A stretch of 64,000 nt of DNA, taken from positions 1,394,566 to 1,458,565 of the forward strand of contig ML992501.1 in NCBI GenBank assembly GCA_010093995.1, read 5' to 3'. This DNA is from Elsinoe ampelina. Lineage: Eukaryota. The translations under genes and the position numbers were made by a program. Shown piece by piece: positions 50,248 to 62,346 of this stretch (its first letter is position 1; each line of letters begins with the position of its first letter). Below the pieces are notes generated by a model. The model searched no databases, had not been told where the DNA came from, and worked only from the letters and a program-made list of their open reading frames with translations.

Positions 50248-52416
50248 TTATCTATTGCTGAGGTTCCGGACCCTCTTGACAGTATCTACATTCACCGTCG
50301 GTCGTCGCTCCATCAATACGCTAATTGGCTGTTGCTGCTGCTTCTCAATAGGCCAAAGATCACTCAGCCCAAATGACTTTTGACCTCGAAGTTGATGCTT
50401 AGCCATGCCGTTCCAGATGAACTCTCGACTGCGTTGTTCTCCTCTTTCAATACTTGATTTTTGTTGTTGCTCGACCGCAGTGTCACAATCCTCAGCAGTA
50501 GCAAGAAGCTCGCTGATCGTCAGCCAGTCCCTGTAATAATGACCCTTCCGGCCACTGCTGTCGTCACTGCCATACTCGAGCTGACTGTCCATAGATACAA
50601 GAGTGGAGTAGAAGTCTCTCATCGCAACAGAAGATTCTGCGGAGCCCAACTCGCCGATAGCAAGCTGAGGCGGCACATCAGTAGCCGGGACGGCAACCTT
50701 CCCGGTGCCATCCTCGAGCAAGCCTTTCAACGCGCTGACGTCGTCGTGGATAAGTTTCGCTGCTTCCAGCATCTCATGGCCGGATTGTGGCTCAGCGAGA
50801 GCAGTGGCACTTGCGGCTCTGTCCATTTTCGAATTGGCATGGCTCAAGATATCAGCCTTGCTGTCGTTCATCCCCAACCGATCGGCCTCAGCGCTGAAAA
50901 GTCGAAGGTATTCACACTTCAGTGCTGCTTCTGCAAATAGAGTCCAATCTCCAGGAGCCAAGACATCATCTTTCTGCTGACATAGCTGCGACCATGCCTG
51001 ACGTAGCATCGCTCTGTCTCCCATGTTGCCTGCGGTTTGCAATAGGATCGCCGAAGTGACACCAGTCTTTTCGCCGGAGACGTTGCCTTCTGCGTGCAGT
51101 CGTAATACGAACGCAGTTGCGTCTGCGTGACATGCTTGTTTGCCGAAAGCGGTTAGCATGTGATTGATTGCCGATATGTTTTGCTTGACACCATGCTCGT
51201 CGAGCACTGCGAGAATGGACTTCACTGCCGCAAACAACAAATCCGTGGTCTCCTCTTTGATGCTGCGTGTAGAGGTGACAAAGCTAGGAAGATGGACCAA
51301 GCGGAGCACGATGAGTAGAGCCTTTGCAGCATTACTGGAAGATAATGAATGAGAGCTCGCCAGGACGACATAAAGTAGACGGATTGTCGCTCTTGCTGTA
51401 ATCAGACATAGATGAGGCTCCCATTGTCCCACAAGACGCATCTTGTCCAACACATCATTCAAAAGATCGTTGCGAGTGTACTTAGGATAGCGACTAGCCA
51501 GGTGGAAAGTTGTAAAGGCTTCCAGAAGTGGTCGTTGCTTTATGAGATCCGCAAAACTGCCCATGTTCAGCTGCTTGTCAGGCACCGAGCGAAGTATGGT
51601 GTCGAGCATCAGGTACGCATCCTGAACTCTGTTCCGCTGCAAACGAGCCTTTATGATGGAGCTGAGAAGCTGAAGAGGGACTTCGCTCGTCAGCGAAGCG
51701 CTTGAATGGGATGGCGCAGCATTTGGCGAGAGGTGGTATTCGAGATAGTTGCCAGGAAAGCGCTTGAGGTAATCCTGAAAGATGGCTTCGAGATCGGAGA
51801 GCGGTCTTCCTTCGTCTACCTTCAGGTCCACGGCTTGAGCATAGACAGATTGGTCGAGAAACTCATTGCCTTGCCTGATCAGCCATGACCAAAAATCTGC
51901 GGCTTGGTCGTTGAGGCCGAAGTGTCGATATGTACCAAGCAACGTGGAGATGGCTGGAGGGCAAGGTGGAAGATATCCACCCTTGATATCTACAGTAAGC
52001 ATATGGAGTAGCGTTGATATCTGCTGAAGACTATCGTCACTGGCAGTCCGTGTTGACTGTCTGACATCATTGTGGAGGCATCGAGCTATGTCGAGTGCGT
52101 CCTGAGGTCCGAATGGAGTCTTGCCACGAAGATGACTGTAGTTTCTGAGGACTTGTGCCGTGTCGCCGGCGGCGATTGCTTCACGAAGACGTTGTAGGTC
52201 ATTCACCTGATCGAAGGTGTCGCTACGTCGCGTCGCCGGCCGTGGATGTGCCACACGACTTTTCTGCTTCCTCTCCTGCGCGGCAGGAGTGCCGATGGAG
52301 AAGCATCTTCGCTGTGCTTCGAAGCAGTGACCAAGATGAGGTGCCGTTGTTGAGCATATCGCTACATGAACATCTTTGAAGTGTCGCGAGCGAAACAAAG
52401 TGCTTCGCGATAGCAT
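50248..52416 (-). CDS. Probable mitochondrial helical-repeat (PPR-like) protein
   Basis: Long intronless ORF. Arg/Ser-rich presequence-like N terminus from MLSRSTLFRSRHF. PPR-like segments AISTLLGTYRHFGLNDQAADFWSWL and SAINHMLTAFGK. Family call and start codon are tentative. Confidence 0.6.
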   Translation of the reverse strand: MLSRSTLFRSRHFKDVHVAICSTTAPHLGHCFEAQRRCFSIGTPAAQERKQKSRVAHPRPATRRSDTFDQVNDLQRLREAIAAGDTAQVLRNYSHLRGKTPFGPQDALDIARCLHNDVRQSTRTASDDSLQQISTLLHMLTVDIKGGYLPPCPPAISTLLGTYRHFGLNDQAADFWSWLIRQGNEFLDQSVYAQAVDLKVDEGRPLSDLEAIFQDYLKRFPGNYLEYHLSPNAAPSHSSASLTSEVPLQLLSSIIKARLQRNRVQDAYLMLDTILRSVPDKQLNMGSFADLIKQRPLLEAFTTFHLASRYPKYTRNDLLNDVLDKMRLVGQWEPHLCLITARATIRLLYVVLASSHSLSSSNAAKALLIVLRLVHLPSFVTSTRSIKEETTDLLFAAVKSILAVLDEHGVKQNISAINHMLTAFGKQACHADATAFVLRLHAEGNVSGEKTGVTSAILLQTAGNMGDRAMLRQAWSQLCQQKDDVLAPGDWTLFAEAALKCEYLRLFSAEADRLGMNDSKADILSHANSKMDRAASATALAEPQSGHEMLEAAKLIHDDVSALKGLLEDGTGKVAVPATDVPPQLAIGELGSAESSVAMRDFYSTLVSMDSQLEYGSDDSSGRKGHYYRDWLTISELLATAEDCDTAVEQQQKSSIERGEQRSREFIWNGMAKHQLRGQKSFGLSDLWPIEKQQQQPISVLMERRPTVNVDTVKRVRNLSNR

Positions 52417-52660
52417 CCAGAGACAATTTGCCAATCTTTGTGGGCCAGTGGTGCAGGTGTTCACTGTCGAACTCTGCACCCTGCATGGAGAAGCGCGGCA
52501 GAGCCGCATGGGCGCCAAGCATCACGGCCGCACGAAGCTGCCTTTCGAGATGCTGTCTGGCCTCATCACTCATCTGCAATTGAACATTCAGAAGCACCAA
52601 TCTCGATCTTCGCGACTCACTGGGCCATACAGAATAGCATCTCGAGCACTGAGACTCACA

Positions 52661-53318
52661 ATGGCACCCAACATGACGCTGTTCAGCGTCAATGCCATCC
52701 TGGTACTATCGTCCGACGACTCGTCCCGTATCCTGGCCAAGTACTACTCTCCTCCACATGCTCCGGCAAACGCACAGGGTAATAATTTCCCGGGAGCGAA
52801 TCCATACCCGACGGTGAAAGATCAGAAAGCGTTTGAGAAGGGCCTGTTGGAGAAGACCGCGAAGCAGACCAGCGACATCATCCTCTACGACAATCGAGTC
52901 ATTGTCTTCAAGATGGAAAGCGACATCATGCTCTACGTGGTCGGAGGAGCAGATGAGAATGAGTTGTTCTTATACACAGTTGTTCTGGCGCTCCGAGATT
53001 CCCTGAACATCTTGCTCAAGTATGCCTCCCAGCATACCTATTAAGGGTTCCTGAGCTGACATGATATGTAGGAATTCCGTGGACAAGCGAACCATCATCG
53101 AGAATTACGATCTCGTATCACTTGCGATTGATGAGATTGTAGATGACGGCATTGTACTGGAAACGGACCCCGTCGTAATCGCATCGAGGGTCAGCCGGCC
53201 ACCAGTCCAGGACATGGCCTCTGTGAAGGGCTTTGACTTGTCGGAAGAAGGATTGCAGAAAGTCTGGGAGTTCGGCAAGCTTAAATTGGGCGAACGGATA
53301 CGGCAAGGATTGCAGTAG
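52661..53318 (+). CDS. RET3: Coatomer subunit zeta, 2 exons
   Basis: RILAKYY, QKAFEKGL, DKRTIIENYDLVSLAIDEIVDDGIVLETDP; intron 53020-53071. Confidence 0.96.
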
Positions 53319-53963
53319 ACGCATTGAAGGACACGACTTGATGAAACCGGCGTTACAGCATACACCAGCGAGGTCTGCTGGACAATTCAGTTCTGGGAGC
53401 TATATATGTCTGGGCAGCTGCAGTGCAGGTTGGGATGGATTCCTGCATGGAGGGAGACTTTCGAGCACCGACCGATATAGCAGGCAGACCTATACGATGG
53501 GCAGCCATCAGCAAAGCTCATGGGGGCTATGACTGGCGACCATGGGGAATCACATATCCCCGCATGTGCCAAAGCACGAAAAGCAGGCATGAAGAGGATT
53601 TATACAGCACTGTATGAAGCCCAACTAGTACGGGCTGTGGTCGTTGTAATCATCGTAGAACGGGCTGTGCCACGACACCCCGCGCCATAGGAGGAAAATG
53701 AAGTTCAGCAATGGGACTGAGCTCCTCCTTTCGCTGCTTGTCCTAAGTGTAAAAAACGAGCATTCGCAAGTGACCAGCATGTGCCCGGCCGGAGTCTCAA
53801 TCCGTTGATCTCGTCCCGACGTCATCATCAACATTTTCTGCCCCGCCATCAACGAGATGCGCGCTGTTTCGTGACACATCCCATCTTCTACTTCGCATCC
53901 GTCTTCTCAACAGCATTTGCATAGCGCTTGGCTTTAGTCGATTCTTCACAGCCTCCACACATC

Positions 53964-56900
53964 ATGAAGCAAAGATTCTCGTCATTAGACGTAAAGGTGA
54001 ATTCCGGCACCATTGAATCTCTGGCGCAAGGCTAACTCTAGATGCCAGATCATAGCACACGAGCTCGCCGCGAGTCTGGTGTCTTTGAGGGTCAGCAACA
54101 TATATGACTTGTCTTCAGTAGGTCTGTCCACCCATCATGGGTTGCTTAAGCTCATCAGACTCCAGCGTATCTTTCTGATCAAGTTCGCCAAACCCGAGCA
54201 CCGCGAGCAACTCATTGTGGACTCAGGATATCGATGTCACCTATCTAACTTTGCTCGATCGACTGCAGCTGCTCCCTCAGCATTCGTTACTCGGCTCAGA
54301 AAGTCGCTTCGAACTAGAAGATGCACCGCTGTCAAGCAAGTAGGCACAGATCGCGTCATCGACATCACGTTCTCGGATGGTCTATACCACCTGTACCTCG
54401 AGTTCTACGCCGGCGGAAACATCATTCTAACAGACAACGAAAACACGATCCTCGCATTACTCCGGACAGTCAGTGAAGGAGCTGAGCATGAGCAGTTCAG
54501 AGTCGGCGCGAAGTACATCTTGTCCTTGCGGCAGAATTACGCAGGCGTGCCAGAACTGACGAAAGATCGGGTGCGCAATGGTATACAAAAGTTCCTCGAC
54601 AAGGCTCAAGAGCAAGAAGGGCAGAAGAAGAAATTCAAGAGAAAGCCTGGGGATGAGCTGCGTAGGTCACTTGCAACTTCTATAACAGAGTATCCACCAG
54701 TATTGCTGGAGCATGGGCTGCATGTTGTCGGATTCAAGAAGGAGACGCCAGTTGCCGATGTGCTATCGGACAACGGGCTCTTGGACCACTTGATGAGGGC
54801 TTTGGATGAGGCAAGGAAGACTGTGGAAGATATCACAAGTCACAGCACAGCGAAAGGGTACATATTGGCCAAGTCAGACAAAAAGAGCCAGTCTCAGGAG
54901 GAAGCAAATCAGGAAAGAGAGAATACGAAGCTCATGTACGACGATTTTCATCCATTCAAGCCGGCGCAATTCGAGGGCCAGAGTGATCTCACATTTCTGG
55001 AGTTCGAGGGGTTCAACAAGACAGTCGACGAGTTCTTCTCGTCAATCGAGGGCCAGAAGCTGGAGTCAAGGCTACAGGAGCGCGAAGAAGCAGCCAAGCG
55101 CAAATTGCAAAACGCCCGAGATGAGCACGAGCGACGCATTGGTGGACTGCAACAGGTGCAAGAACTCAACATCACTAAAGCGCAGGCGATCGAAGCGAAT
55201 GTCGACCGAGTTGAGGAAGCTCGAGCAGCTGTCAATGGGCTCATTGCCCAAGGCATGGACTGGGAGGACATTGGACAGCTCATCGAGATGGAGCAAAGCA
55301 GACAGAATGCTGTCGCACTCACTATCAAGCTGCCATTGAAGCTACAAGAAAATACCGCTACATTACTGCTGGCTGGATATGGTGTGGAGGATGACGACGA
55401 TGAGATGGCCGACGAGAGCGCGTCTGAAGCGTCAGAGAGCGAGGACGAGAGCAAACAGCCAACAAAAGCGTCATCAGACAAACGACTCGCCGTCGATATT
55501 GATCTGTCACAGTCAGCTTGGGCTAATTCGAGACTCTATTATGAAAACCGAAAAGTGGCAGCTTCGAAGCAGGACCGAACTCTCCAGGCTTCCTCGAAAG
55601 CACTGAAGAATACGGAGCAGAAGATCACTGCTGACCTTAAAAAAGGTTTGAAGCAGGAGAAGCAGACTCTGCGTCCTGTGCGGAAGCAGTTTTGGTTCGA
55701 GAAGTTCAACTGGTTTGTCTCATCTGATGGATATCTGGTTCTCTGCGGCAAGGACGCACAACAGAATGAGCTGTTGTACAGGCGACATCTGAAGAAGGGA
55801 GATGTCTACGTCCATGCTGATCTCCACGGGGCGGCTTCGGTAGTCATCAAGAACAATCCTTCAACACCGGACGCCCCGATACCTCCATCGACACTTTCTC
55901 AAGCTGGCAACCTTTCAGTCTGCACATCAAGTGCGTGGGACTCAAAAGCAGTCATGTCAGCATACTGGGTCAACGCCGACCAGGTTTCAAAGACGGCTCC
56001 TACTGGCGAGTATCTGACCACAGGTGGCTTCATGGTGAGGGGAAAGAAGAATTTCTTACCACCTGCGCAACTACTCCTTGGCTTTGCAGTGCTCTTCCAT
56101 ATCAGCGAGGAAAGCAAAGCGAGGCACAAGAAGCATCGCATCGAAGAGCCAGCCCCAGAAACCAACGGCCAGTCCAGGAAAGTGGTCCTCGAGGACGAGG
56201 ATATGGATGATGATGACTTTCCTGACGCTGGTACGGATTCACCAGGCAAAAGCAATCCTGTTCAACAGGAGATCGATAGCGACGACGACGACGACTTCCC
56301 GGATGCGAAAGCAGATGAGTCTGAGGACGAGCTGCCGAATGCCATCGAGCCTACAGCTGGTGGTGCAGACGGCAGTGTAGATGAGGCGAATGACGATGAC
56401 TCAGATGAAGGAGAAGCCGATCGCAAGCCTCGTTCGAACCCATTACAACTGGGCGGCTCAGCCCCTCCACACGATGATGATCAGGAAGACAGCGAAAATG
56501 GATTTGTCGTCCAAGAGGAAGAATCTATGGACAATGATGACACTGCAAATAAGGATCAGCAGCAAGATACGGGTATCAAGCATCTCTCCGCAGCAGCACG
56601 TCGCCAGCTCAAGAAAGGCACTACCAATGCCGAGAGCAGGGGAGGCAGTCGACCTGACACACCGTCCAGCGGTACGAACAAATCTGCGGCGAATGCAAAA
56701 CCTAACCAGCCGATCCGTGGTAAACGTGGCAAAGCCAAGAAACTGGCCACCAAATATGCAGATCAGGATGAGGAAGACCGAGAGCTCGCCATGGCGCTTC
56801 TTGGCTCACGCAAGCCCAACGATGAGACCGCCGAGGTGCCCGAAGATACCAATAAGGAGACAGCAGAAGAAGCTCGCGCTCGTCGACGGGAGCAGCATAT

Positions 56901-57408
56901 CAAGGCGCAGAAAGCTGGACTTGAAGCTGAAGAGATTCGAAGGCTCAATCTGGACGAAGGCGTTCCGGACGCTGAAGAAGGTGATGAGCAGACTGGGTCT
57001 CTCGCTGGTATCCTTGATGGTCTGGTAGGTACACCACTACCCGGTGATGAGATTCTGGAAGCCATCCCCATCTCAGCTCCTTGGGCGGCATTGGGGAAAT
57101 TCAAGTACAAGGCCAAGATGCAACCAGGTGGTCAGAAGAAGGGTAAAGCGATACGGGAAGTGGTAGGCAAATGGGTGAAGGACGCCAGCGAGCCGCGCAA
57201 GGTAGACACCAAGAGCGAAGACGTGGAGAGGATCTGGCCACGAGAAGCGGAGTTGGTCAAAGCATGGAAGGAAGCCGAGATCGTTGGCGTAGTGCCCGTC
57301 AAGACAGTCAGAGTCATGATGGCTGGCGGTAACGAAGGAGCAAAGGGAGGCAAAGGCGGTAAAGGAAAAGGAGGTGGTCGAGGCGGCCGAGGAAGCAAGA
57401 AGAAGTAG
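53964..57408 (+). CDS. RQC2: Ribosome quality control complex subunit (Rqc2/Tae2/NEMF), 3 exons
   Basis: MKQRFSSLDVK, NFACT-R motifs WFEKFNWFVSSDGYLV and HADLHGA, KTAPTGEYLTTGGFMVRGKKNFL and KYKAKMQPG. Introns at 53997-54048 and 54118-54165. Confidence 0.97.
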
Positions 57409-57454
57409 TCAAATATCGGCCAAACCAAATCTCATCAGCCACATCCTCGTCCCA

Positions 57455-59366
57455 TCATGCAGCGACAACCTCCACCTCAACTTTATACCCAACCCCCTCC
57501 CTCCCACCAACCCAATTCTTCTTCTTCCCCACCTTGACCACGTCCTCGATCTCATCCTCAAACTCCCCCTTCCACTCCCTCGCCTCCTCCTCCGTCCCCT
57601 TCACGCTAATAGTCAAGACAACCCTATCCCCCTTTCCCTCCCTCCTTTCCCACCTCCCCATCGTCTCCACCCCCGCCCCTACCTCTCCCGACCCCTCCCG
57701 GATCCCCGCCGGCCAAACCACCCCCACCAGTCCCCCAATCCGCCCAAGATACCTCAACCACCACCTCCCCTCCCCTCCCCCCGGCACCAACTCGCTCAAC
57801 CGCTCATAAAACCCGCGATCCGTATCCGCCAACTCCCCTACCCCACCCCAGCGCTCGCACAGCAACACCCCCAACATCGCCCTCTCCCCGTGGCCCAGCC
57901 CGTGCGTCCCCGCCAGTTCCCCAGTCGAGCTAAACCGCAAAGCAGAAGAGGGGCGAATATCCTTGACCTGCCCGGCGTGGACGTACAACGTCTGCGCAAA
58001 AGCCTGCACCACTTCCCTCCCCAGGAGTCCAGCGCCTTTCTCCCTCCCACCGTCCACGACACCGGCGGGAAGGGCCGTGAGGAGCAGGGAGGTGAGCAGC
58101 GCGGGGTCCCCTCGGGCGAACGGGGCTGTAGCGACCACGAGCGGCGCCTCCCTCTGCACGACCAAGGGGAGGTCGGCGAAGAGATGGCCTTCGCGTACGC
58201 CGCCCTGGCAGAAGGTGGCGGTGGAGATTTGCGGGAGGGTGAGGGCGAGGGAGCGGATGAGGAGGGAGACGGCGGGGATTTGAGAGGCGCGGCGGGGGGC
58301 GATGCGGAAGATTTTCTGTCCTTGTTCTGGTTGTTGGTCGGGAGAGGGACTGGAGAGGGAGGGGTTGATGAGGGTTTGGATCGCGGTGGTGTCCAAGAAG
58401 GAGGAGCGGGGGGCGGAGAAGCCGTTGATTATGGGGATGGGGTAGGGGTGCGTTTGGTGCGTGGACATGAGGGCGTAGCCCCACCCGCGGAAGCCGCCGC
58501 CGGAGAGGTAGAGGGGGATGCCGTCTGGGTTGGTCTGGAGGGTGGTGGGGAGGGAGAGGTGAGCGACGGCTTGGTGGAGAGATTGGGTGACTTCGGCTTG
58601 CAGAGTGGCGAGGGCTTGGGTGGCGTTGGGGGAGGATTGGGCTTCTTTGATGCGACGGGTGAGCGCTGCTGCACCGTAGGGGAGAGAGATGGCGCCTTTG
58701 TCTGGGAGGCTGATCCGTCCGTCGGGAGATCTGGTGAGGTGAGATAGTTGGGTGCTGCCGCCTCCGAGGTCCATGACTAGGCCTTCGACGTGGCCGAGAG
58801 AACTGGCGACGCCAGATGCACCAATGCGGCCTTCGTCCTCTTTGGCTAGTAGTGAGACCTTCCAGCCAGTGGCGTTCTCAATCTGTGCGATGTACTCTTT
58901 GGAGTTGACAGCGGTGCGAGCCGCCTCAGTAGCGAGGATCGAGACATTCTCGTCTTTGCAGCCAAACGATATACATGTCCTCTTGAAGCGGAGAAGCTGC
59001 TTGATGACACTCGCTGTTGTGTCCGAAGGTATAGGCTGTCGAGACGTGCTTCCTAGTGGGTACTGGGCATCATAGAGCGAAACAGGTATGCGTGACTGGT
59101 ATAGGGTGGGTAAGGTGCGGGTCAACGGTGGCGCAAGTGACGTGAGGGATAGTCGAATGCCATTGCTGCCTTCATGTCAGATTTACGCATGACTTGTATA
59201 GAGTCACAATATCAGGAATAACGAAATTAGACTCCGGGATCTCGACCCTGTGCTGGCCGTGAGTCGAGTTTTGTCAACTGTAGAGGAAAAGATAAGAAAG
59301 CTCTGTGAACAACCTGCCCATATCCACTATCCCTCGTATATATTTGGGATCCGGCATTTCAGCCAT
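57455..59366 (-). CDS. RTG2: Ppx/GppA-family protein, retrograde regulation protein 2-like, 2 exons
   Basis: GIVDMGSNGIR across intron 59313-59166, ATEAAR, MDLGGGSTQ, LPYGAAAL, LSGGGFRGWG and GGVREG. Confidence 0.9.
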
Positions 59367-59661
59367 CGTGCAAAGATAACCTGGAATCTGAAGTTATGTG
59401 AATCGTCTGGATGCGATTGCTGATGCCGTCATGATAGGAGATAGAGGTCGTAAAGGTCGGTGATGAGATATTCATACCGTCAATCGAGGCAGGATTTCAG
59501 TGGGGATGTAAAACTTCGACCAGGAACACTCGGGGACGAGACGGCACAATATGTTGTATTAACACAGATACTACTACTACTGGTATATTCAATACGAAGC
59601 TGAAACCCTTGCAAGCACCGTTTTCATCGTGTATTGTGGGACGAACCCCCTGATATGGTTC

Positions 59662-61887
59662 TCAAGACATGGCCCTAACGTGCATATCAAAGACCTCATT
59701 CCGCCATCCTCTCACATCACCGCCCTCTTCAATCCTTTCCGCTGCTTCTCTGGCCTCTTCTCGCCACACCTTGACCACAGATCCTGGTGCATACACACCC
59801 TTGAAGATGCCCTTGCCAGGCTCATCCACGCCAACTCTAGTGTAGACCTCCCCGTCATCCTCTGGCGTCAATCGGGCAGCGATTGCCTTGAAGAATGTAA
59901 CAAGATCCTTGGGATCAGCGATTCTAGTAGCTCGCAGCCGTTCTCTAGCGAATAGCAATTCACGATTGGCGGAGTGGAAGAACTCTGCTACAGCTTCGGC
60001 CAACTGCTTCTCCATGACTTTTCGCAAGATGGGTCGAAGGAGCGGCTTGATGATCCAGCTGAGGAAGGAGAACTTGCTCTTCTTGAGCTTGTAGTTGAAT
60101 TTGTGGATATGCACCCTGACGTCCTTGAGTGTGACCATCTTCTCCATGCGTTCCTTCGCAATTTCAACGTCAATGTGAATGTCCATGCCGCGCTCGTCAA
60201 GAGCAAAGCTGGCAATACCCTCATCAGCGAGACGGAAGAATCCAGCGTGAGCTCGCAGCCAGAAACCCACGTCTTGTGCTGTAGCAGACACACCATCTAG
60301 CTTCAGCGTGACGTTGTGTGAGGAGGTGGAGACGGTGCGGAATCGAGCAGCACGAACGTCGAAAGCGTTGAAGGTTTCAATTCGGAGATGATGTGGCAAG
60401 AAAGATGTGTGGTTGATGGTCTGACCAGGAGAGATGATAAGTGGTTCCAGAAGAAGGTCAATTTCTGGTGTGGACACTTCGAGGCGAGGAATTGGGATGT
60501 TTTGAATCGAGTTGATCAGAACTGGGATAAAGACGTTCACTGCATCAGTGATCAGATCTTGGTTTGCAAGACTGTGATGAGGTGAGAGAATGTGGAAGAG
60601 CTGAGTAGAGGTCTGGACGAGTCGAGCGACATCCTTGTCTTCGAGAACCGATTTGGCTGTGACCTCGAGCTGGCGCAGGAAGTTTTCGATATCGTCACGC
60701 ATGTTCTGAGATGCCTTTGACTGGCGAGACTTCTCCTTCAGCTCTTCAATCCGATCTTGAGCGTTGTCGAAGAATGAGGGATCAGTCAACATGGCCTGAA
60801 CACCGTTGCCGACCTCGATCATTGACTTTTCGAATTCGGGATCCTTGTCAAGATGACTGGTCAGCTGACGGAATTGTGATTCCAGCTCGTCCCATGCCTT
60901 TGAGTCACCGAACGATCTGACCGAAAGCCACAGGTTCTTTGCAGCACGATCCAACTCGGCATTCTCGCTAACGGAATCCTCGACTGCCGCCGCAACATCC
61001 TCAGCCACTCGAGAGTATGACAAGATGACTCGCTTGAACAAAGTCGACAGAACCGAGACGGACTCTGAATAGTCAGGTCTCTGGCGCAGCTTCGAGACTG
61101 CCGACTTCAGTCTACCGATCATGGCATCGCCCTCGTCACCCTTCAATTTCTCCAATGCACTTTCTTCTGCATCCTGGACAACGGTGGCAGTGCTGGTTGC
61201 CACCACCTCAACCACATCGCCGACCTGATGCTGAAGGTCTTCGCCGGTGGGTGCAGCAACTTTGCCATTGGTAGGCTTGCTGAGATCATTTCCGTTGGGT
61301 GCATTGTTTTCGATCTGCTTCGCAGCTTGATTTGCTACCTTCGAGACAGACTGTGCAGTGTCCTGGAAGACCTCCCGTGCCACAGTGTTGAGATCGGACA
61401 AGAAGATGCGAAAGTCAGAATTAGTGAGCAGTAACGATGAAACAGTGTTGAAGCTGTCGTAGGCGGCTCTAGCGCTTGCTTTGGTGTTGGAGCGAGCGGT
61501 CCTGCGGGCAATCTTGTCGGTATCCACATGGATGCGAGATTTCGACAGGTAGTAAATGAAGTCTTGGATTTGGTCCTCTGACGCTTTATTCTGGAGCAGG
61601 TCCATCAATTGTTGCAGGAAACGTTTCGAGTACTTGATCAAGAGGCGACCAGAGTCACTCAATGCCGTATCGTGTGGGTTCAGGATATCTGCAGCCAGAA
61701 GAGTTCGGAGATGAACGATTGTCTGTTCGGTCGATGGCATGTATCCTTGTCCAAAGGCACGCAACATCTGATAGGTGTGGAGCTTCTGGTGAAGCTCCCT
61801 CTGCAGGGTTGTATCATCTTCATATTGTGGCAGCAGAGGTTGCCTGTCGTCGTCTTTTGATTTGCGGAGGCCAAAGCAGGAACTCAT
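59662..61887 (-). CDS. Conserved uncharacterised fungal protein (DUF5923/DUF4449-like, BPI-like C terminus)
   Basis: 741-aa single-exon ORF: helical N half (GYMPSTEQ, LLTNSDFRIFLSD) and beta-rich C half (IPIPRLE, DEGIASF, KFSFLSWIIKPL). Confidence 0.75.
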   Translation of the reverse strand: MSSCFGLRKSKDDDRQPLLPQYEDDTTLQRELHQKLHTYQMLRAFGQGYMPSTEQTIVHLRTLLAADILNPHDTALSDSGRLLIKYSKRFLQQLMDLLQNKASEDQIQDFIYYLSKSRIHVDTDKIARRTARSNTKASARAAYDSFNTVSSLLLTNSDFRIFLSDLNTVAREVFQDTAQSVSKVANQAAKQIENNAPNGNDLSKPTNGKVAAPTGEDLQHQVGDVVEVVATSTATVVQDAEESALEKLKGDEGDAMIGRLKSAVSKLRQRPDYSESVSVLSTLFKRVILSYSRVAEDVAAAVEDSVSENAELDRAAKNLWLSVRSFGDSKAWDELESQFRQLTSHLDKDPEFEKSMIEVGNGVQAMLTDPSFFDNAQDRIEELKEKSRQSKASQNMRDDIENFLRQLEVTAKSVLEDKDVARLVQTSTQLFHILSPHHSLANQDLITDAVNVFIPVLINSIQNIPIPRLEVSTPEIDLLLEPLIISPGQTINHTSFLPHHLRIETFNAFDVRAARFRTVSTSSHNVTLKLDGVSATAQDVGFWLRAHAGFFRLADEGIASFALDERGMDIHIDVEIAKERMEKMVTLKDVRVHIHKFNYKLKKSKFSFLSWIIKPLLRPILRKVMEKQLAEAVAEFFHSANRELLFARERLRATRIADPKDLVTFFKAIAARLTPEDDGEVYTRVGVDEPGKGIFKGVYAPGSVVKVWREEAREAAERIEEGGDVRGWRNEVFDMHVRAMS

Positions 61888-62346
61888 GATTGCTTCTGAG
61901 GTGCGAACAAAAGGGATTCTGCCCTTTGAGTCGCGTTCGCAGCAGTTGTCGATTGTTGTAAAGATGAGATGTCTTGCGTTTCCAAGTCAAGACCAGGTTG
62001 GTTTTGGCGTCGTTGTGTCGTCATTTTCGAGGTTTAAAGGCGTCCATGGATCCTCCCGATTTAAGACACATCACATGACATCCAGGTTTTCGGAACCTAC
62101 AAAGTGGGGATAGGGGAACGTCTGGGGACTTTGCAAATTTGTATAGAGCTATGTTTTCTGGTCATCTCGTTGCGGACCAATGCTTTGTCGAGGCTCAAAT
62201 GACCGCACGTGACTCTTCCGTCCCAGAGTCTCGCATCTGTATTGGAGCATTCGAACATTTCAGTGTTATGTATTTGACGGTGGCTATATACAATTGTCGC
62301 CATTTTGTGGCTCACACAACGGGAATTTTCTGCTGTCTTGCTGCGC

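Noticed and set aside
57374..58747. 457-aa Pro-rich then Gly-rich plus-strand ORF
   Set aside because: Antisense shadow of RTG2 caused by the C/G skew. The same applies to 18225-18806, 32559-33407 and 45509-46222.
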